Below are positions 60,875-64,000 of a stretch of 64,000 nt of DNA, piece by piece. A model generated the notes under the pieces. That model had not been told where the DNA came from and did not search any database. It worked only from the letters and a program-made list of their open reading frames with translations. Position numbers and translations under genes: made by a program. The DNA is from Bacteroidia bacterium (GTDB lineage Bacteria > Bacteroidota > Bacteroidia > Bacteroidales > GWA2-32-17). Positions within the stretch are counted from its first letter, which is position 1. Every line of letters starts with the position of its first letter. The stretch covers positions 129,294 to 193,293 of the forward strand of contig JACREQ010000105.1 of NCBI GenBank assembly GCA_016218155.1. Reading direction: 5' to 3'.

Positions 60875-60906
60875 CAAATGTACAATAACTTTTTATTACA
60901 GCCAAA
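60875..60906 (-). promoter_or_regulatory. Candidate Bacteroidota sigma-A promoter for the tRNA-tuf operon
   Basis: On the minus strand: TTTG (60906-60903), a 20-nt spacer, then TACATTTG (60882-60875). This matches the -33 TTTG / -7 TAnnTTTG consensus and lies about 50 nt upstream of the first tRNA. Confidence 0.4.
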
Positions 60907-60964
60907 CATTATTTTAATTTTTTTGTATAGTTTTTGATAGGGTAAAAAACAATGTTTTTATAAT

Positions 60965-61006
60965 AAAAAAGCTGACATTGAAAATCAATGCCAGCTTTTT
61001 GTTTTT
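60965..61006 (-). terminator. hpf terminator
   Basis: A-run, GCTGACATTG-AAAAT-CAATGCCAGC (one mismatch), T-run; 15 nt after the hpf stop. Confidence 0.75.
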
Positions 61007-61020
61007 TAAACACTTAGCTA

Positions 61021-61320
61021 TTATTTGCCAATTCTTTTTTCTTTGTATTTTTTTAACTGACGTTGCAAAGCTTCTACTGCAGAATCTGCTGCTTCTTCAA
61101 AAGATTTTGATTGTTTTTTTGCAAAAAGGTTATTTCCTGGCACCTCAAGTTTAATTTCTGCAATTTTATTATCCATTGTTTGAGCTTTATCTAATTTTAA
61201 TGTAACATCAGCCAAAACAATATTAGAATTTTTTGAAATTAACTTATCCATTCTCTCATGAATAAATGCTTCAAGATTTTTGTCAGCATCAAAATGTAGT
61301 GTTTGAATGTTTACTTTCAT
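61021..61320 (-). CDS. hpf: Ribosome hibernation promoting factor (short HPF/RaiA type)
   Basis: The track ORF (to 61434) overlaps the recombinase gene. The internal ATG 61320 gives a 99-aa product, MKVNIQTLHFDADKNLEAFIHERMDKL...EAADSAVEALQRQLKKYKEK, which has typical HPF length and sequence. Confidence 0.9.
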   Translation of the reverse strand: MKVNIQTLHFDADKNLEAFIHERMDKLISKNSNIVLADVTLKLDKAQTMDNKIAEIKLEVPGNNLFAKKQSKSFEEAADSAVEALQRQLKKYKEKRIGK

Positions 61321-61345
61321 AATCTGTCCTCCTATTTTTATTGAT

Positions 61346-62227
61346 TTATGCTCGTGGATGAGCTTTTTTATAAATATTTCTGAGCTTTTCAAATGAATTA
61401 TGCGTATAAACCTGAGTAGCTGCAAGATTTGCATGTCCTAACAGTTCTTTTATAGCATTTAAATCTGCACCATTATTTAATAGGTGTGTTGCAAATGTAT
61501 GACGAAGAATGTGTGGACTTTTCTTATCAAGAATTGCAACAATTCCTATATAATGATTAACAATACGATATATTAGTTTCGAGTACAATTTTTTCCCCTT
61601 CTCCGAAATAAATAAATTTTGATCTGATGCACCTATCTGGGTTCTATATATAATGTATTTTTCAATATCAGTTTTTAATTGCAACCCAAAAGGAATTATT
61701 CTTTCTTTATTTCTTTTACCAAGTACCTTAATAGTGTTATTATGTAAATCCACATCACTAATTTTTAATGATATTAATTCAGATAATCTTATTCCGGTAC
61801 TATAAAATAATGCTATTATTAATTTATCTCTTTCACCTTTAAATCCTTCTCCAAAATCTACTTCCTTTAATAAATCGAACATTTGTTTTTCTTCAACAAA
61901 AACAGGCAGTCTTTTTTTATTTTTTGGCGGAACTATTTTTTCGGTTGGGTTAAAGTTAACAATTTTCTCGCGAAGTAAATATTTATAAAAGCTATTTAAT
62001 GCCGAAAGTTTTCGATTAACTGATCGGGCTTCGTTAGAATCTTCGATTAAACTTACAACCCATGATCTAACATGCCTGAAATTAGCATTAATTGGAGTCA
62101 CATCAGAAAATGACGCACTTAAAAATGTAATAAATTGAGAAATATCGCGAAAATATGCGTTAACTGTGTGATCAGAATAGCGTTTTTCGTATTTAATATA
62201 CCCTACAAATGAACCAACAACATCCAT
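61346..62227 (-). CDS. Tyrosine-type site-specific recombinase (XerC/XerD-like, chromosomal)
   Basis: 293 aa; an N-terminal SAM-like core-binding domain and the catalytic residues in ...TGIRLSEL..., HILRHTFATHLL, LGHANLAATQVYTH. Confidence 0.85.
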   Translation of the reverse strand: MDVVGSFVGYIKYEKRYSDHTVNAYFRDISQFITFLSASFSDVTPINANFRHVRSWVVSLIEDSNEARSVNRKLSALNSFYKYLLREKIVNFNPTEKIVPPKNKKRLPVFVEEKQMFDLLKEVDFGEGFKGERDKLIIALFYSTGIRLSELISLKISDVDLHNNTIKVLGKRNKERIIPFGLQLKTDIEKYIIYRTQIGASDQNLFISEKGKKLYSKLIYRIVNHYIGIVAILDKKSPHILRHTFATHLLNNGADLNAIKELLGHANLAATQVYTHNSFEKLRNIYKKAHPRA

Positions 62228-62311
62228 CTACCCGGAGATAAAATTTATATACTATTAAACGAAAAATATTAAAAAATAGTTTCGAATAATATAGTTACTC
62301 CGACAAGAAAA

Positions 62312-62506
62312 TTATTTTTCTTCTGAACGGTGAAGTTTTTGAATATAAACAGCATTTAGAATCTCTTCTCTACGACGAATAGAAGGTTTTTGGAAAGCTT
62401 TTCTTGCGCGAAGTTCTTTCATAATGCCAGTTTTTTCAAATTTGCGTTTGAATTTTTTTAAAGCTCTGTCAATGTGTTCGCCTTCTTTAATTGGAATAAT
62501 AATCAT
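62312..62506 (-). CDS. rpsU: 30S ribosomal protein S21
   Basis: 64 aa; EHIDRALKKFKRKFEKTGIMKELRARKAFQKPS. Confidence 0.95.
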   Translation of the reverse strand: MIIIPIKEGEHIDRALKKFKRKFEKTGIMKELRARKAFQKPSIRRREEILNAVYIQKLHRSEEK

Positions 62507-62568
62507 AAAAGGTTTTTTAATTTGAGTTGCAAAAGTACAAATAATTTCAATACAACCAAACAGAATTT

Positions 62569-63501
62569 TTAAAAGTCTGAATAAGATTTTATTTTATCGG
62601 CCTGATCTTGTGTAATCATTTTATTATAAACCATTTCCTGAACATTCTGTATTTTGCCTTGTATTTTTCTATATTCAATAATTTTATTTGTTACATCTTT
62701 TGGAAAATATGGATGCTTAATTAATTGTTTCCATTCTGCTTTATTCAGGTTTATTTTTTTTACTACTGACTGATCTATTAATACAAGATTCTCAATTTTA
62801 GAATACATCTCCGTTGTAAATCCGAATACTTCAAGCAATTGTTCTTTTTTAACAAAACCACCCAACAAATCCCTATACTTTACAATTCGTTTTGCATATC
62901 CCGGGCCTATTCCAGGAAGTGTACATAAAACAGTTGTATCTGCATTATTTATATCAATTGCAGTTTTTGTTTTTTGTTGAAATTTATTTTCGGGATAACT
63001 AGTTTTTTGATTGTTATAATTTGATTTATCTTTCCTAGTATTTTCAGAAAATTTATTTGTCTTCTTTTCAGGGATTTCTATAAATGGCTGTATTTTAACA
63101 AAAAGAGAATCTGTCATCCCATATATTTTTTTCACATCATCTTTATCATAAAACTTACCACCCTTACTTCTAAAGTTTACAAATGTTTTTATAAGTTTTA
63201 AAGAAAAACCTAATTTTTGCAAATCGTTTTCGGAGACAGTATTAGGATTAAAATAAAAATAATCTGCTTTAATAGTATCTGAATAACTACCAGAGATCAT
63301 ACTATCTGATTGCCTAATATTTGAAACAGAAATAAATTCATTTATTTCTGTTTCAAAAGAAGTATAATCAACCTTTTCTCTTTTAAAAAATAAATCGGCA
63401 ATCTGTGATATAACAATTAGTACAACAATTATAAATAATAAAACTAAAATGCCGTTTCTTTCTGAACGGGTAAAAGTAAAATATTCGCGAAACTTACTCA
63501 T
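62569..63501 (-). CDS. Helix-hairpin-helix (ComEA-like) membrane-anchored DNA-binding protein
   Basis: 310 aa; N-terminal TM; two HhH units (LQKLGFS..., LCTLPGIGPGYAKRIVKYRDLLGGF). Confidence 0.75.
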   Translation of the reverse strand: MSKFREYFTFTRSERNGILVLLFIIVVLIVISQIADLFFKREKVDYTSFETEINEFISVSNIRQSDSMISGSYSDTIKADYFYFNPNTVSENDLQKLGFSLKLIKTFVNFRSKGGKFYDKDDVKKIYGMTDSLFVKIQPFIEIPEKKTNKFSENTRKDKSNYNNQKTSYPENKFQQKTKTAIDINNADTTVLCTLPGIGPGYAKRIVKYRDLLGGFVKKEQLLEVFGFTTEMYSKIENLVLIDQSVVKKINLNKAEWKQLIKHPYFPKDVTNKIIEYRKIQGKIQNVQEMVYNKMITQDQADKIKSYSDF

Positions 63502-63556
63502 TATAAAATAAAAAAGGTTACTTGCTTCTTCACAAATAACCTTTTAAAGAATTTAT

Positions 63557-64000
63557 TTAATTTCTGTTATCAGCATTTAAATCTGTAAATGCCACTTTTA
63601 GTCTTTCGATAACAGCCTTTTCGCCTTCGCGTAACCATGCACGTGGGTCGTAATACTTCTTGTTTGGTTTTTCATCACCTTCCGGATTACCAATTTGTCC
63701 TTGTAAATACGCCGATTTTTTCTTGTAATATTCATTTACACCACTCCAGAAAGCCCATTGAGTATCAGTATCAATATTCATTTTTACTACTCCATAAGAA
63801 ATTGCTTCACGAATTTCTTCGCGTGCAGAGCCCGAACCACCATGAAAAACAAAGTTCACTGGTTTGTCTACAGTATTAAATTTCTTTTGAATATATTCCT
63901 GAGAATTCTTTAAAATAACCGGTGATAGTTTTACATTACCTGGTTTATAAACACCATGAACATTACCAAATGATGCAGCAATAGTAAAATTATTACTAAT
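63557..64000 (-). CDS. fba: Class II fructose-bisphosphate aldolase, C-terminal part (5' end off-window)
   Basis: The frame is open from the window edge: ...FGNVHGVYKPGNVKLSPVIL...VNFVFHGGSGS...VKMNIDTDTQWA.... The track lists only the internal-Met fragment. Confidence 0.9.
   Translation of the reverse strand: MSNNFTIAASFGNVHGVYKPGNVKLSPVILKNSQEYIQKKFNTVDKPVNFVFHGGSGSAREEIREAISYGVVKMNIDTDTQWAFWSGVNEYYKKKSAYLQGQIGNPEGDEKPNKKYYDPRAWLREGEKAVIERLKVAFTDLNADNRN

Noticed and set aside
61321-61434. N-terminal 38-codon extension of the hpf ORF as listed in the track (137 aa).
   Set aside because: The extension overlaps the recombinase 3' end by 89 nt. The internal ATG at 61320 gives a canonical 99-aa HPF beginning MKVNIQ.
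61346-62227. Tyrosine recombinase next to a tRNA cluster, which could mark an integrative element or genomic island.
   Set aside because: There are no flanking direct repeats, no partial tRNA duplicate and no cargo genes. From memory the rpsU-recombinase-hpf-tRNA-tuf order is a conserved housekeeping arrangement in Bacteroidota, so this is most likely the chromosomal Xer-type recombinase.

Overview
AT-rich chromosomal window from a Bacteroidota-type genome. Supporting signs are T9SS type A and type B C-terminal sorting domains, a TTTG/TAnnTTTG-type promoter, and rpsU-recombinase-hpf-tRNA-tuf synteny. All calls rest on manual motif recognition and hand folding; no searches were run. The right third (47.6-64 kb, minus strand) is the ordinary housekeeping cluster: fba (partial), ComEA-like, rpsU, tyrosine recombinase, hpf, tRNA-Thr/Tyr/Gly/Thr, tuf, tRNA-Trp, secE, nusG, rplK-A-J-L, rpoB, rpoC, DUF3467. 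The middle holds core metabolism and cell-envelope genes: uvrA, yggS, DUF1015-serA-serC (interrupted by a GxxExxY gene), comB-like, gcvT, rny, zapA, anmK, Fe-ADH, CDGSH, PGM/PMM, mltG, a GT2, FKBP isomerases and T9SS cargo proteins. The most unusual region is 16.2-29.1 kb. It carries four paralogous giant periplasmic proteins that fuse TPR, PD40 beta-propeller and OmpA_C domains, resembling CpoB+TolB+Pal in one chain; one paralog ends in a SPOR-like domain instead of OmpA_C. A TPR-only protein sits among them. The last paralog is tightly coupled to a YfiR-like (DUF4154) gene, a hybrid histidine kinase with a CHASE8-like sensor, and an Hpt protein. I read this as a YfiB/YfiR/YfiN-like envelope-stress module whose output is a phosphorelay rather than c-di-GMP; this is a hypothesis, not a demonstrated function. 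Items missing from the ORF track: a 54-aa rubredoxin, a rod-shaped 6S-like RNA downstream of zapA, five tRNAs, an orphan start-less T9SS C-terminal domain remnant that keeps its own terminator, and several palindromic or short-repeat elements. A second oddity is an ECF sigma gene overlapping a membrane-anchored PKD protein that ends in a T9SS type B sorting domain. No CRISPR array, prophage, transposase or recognisable defense system was seen.
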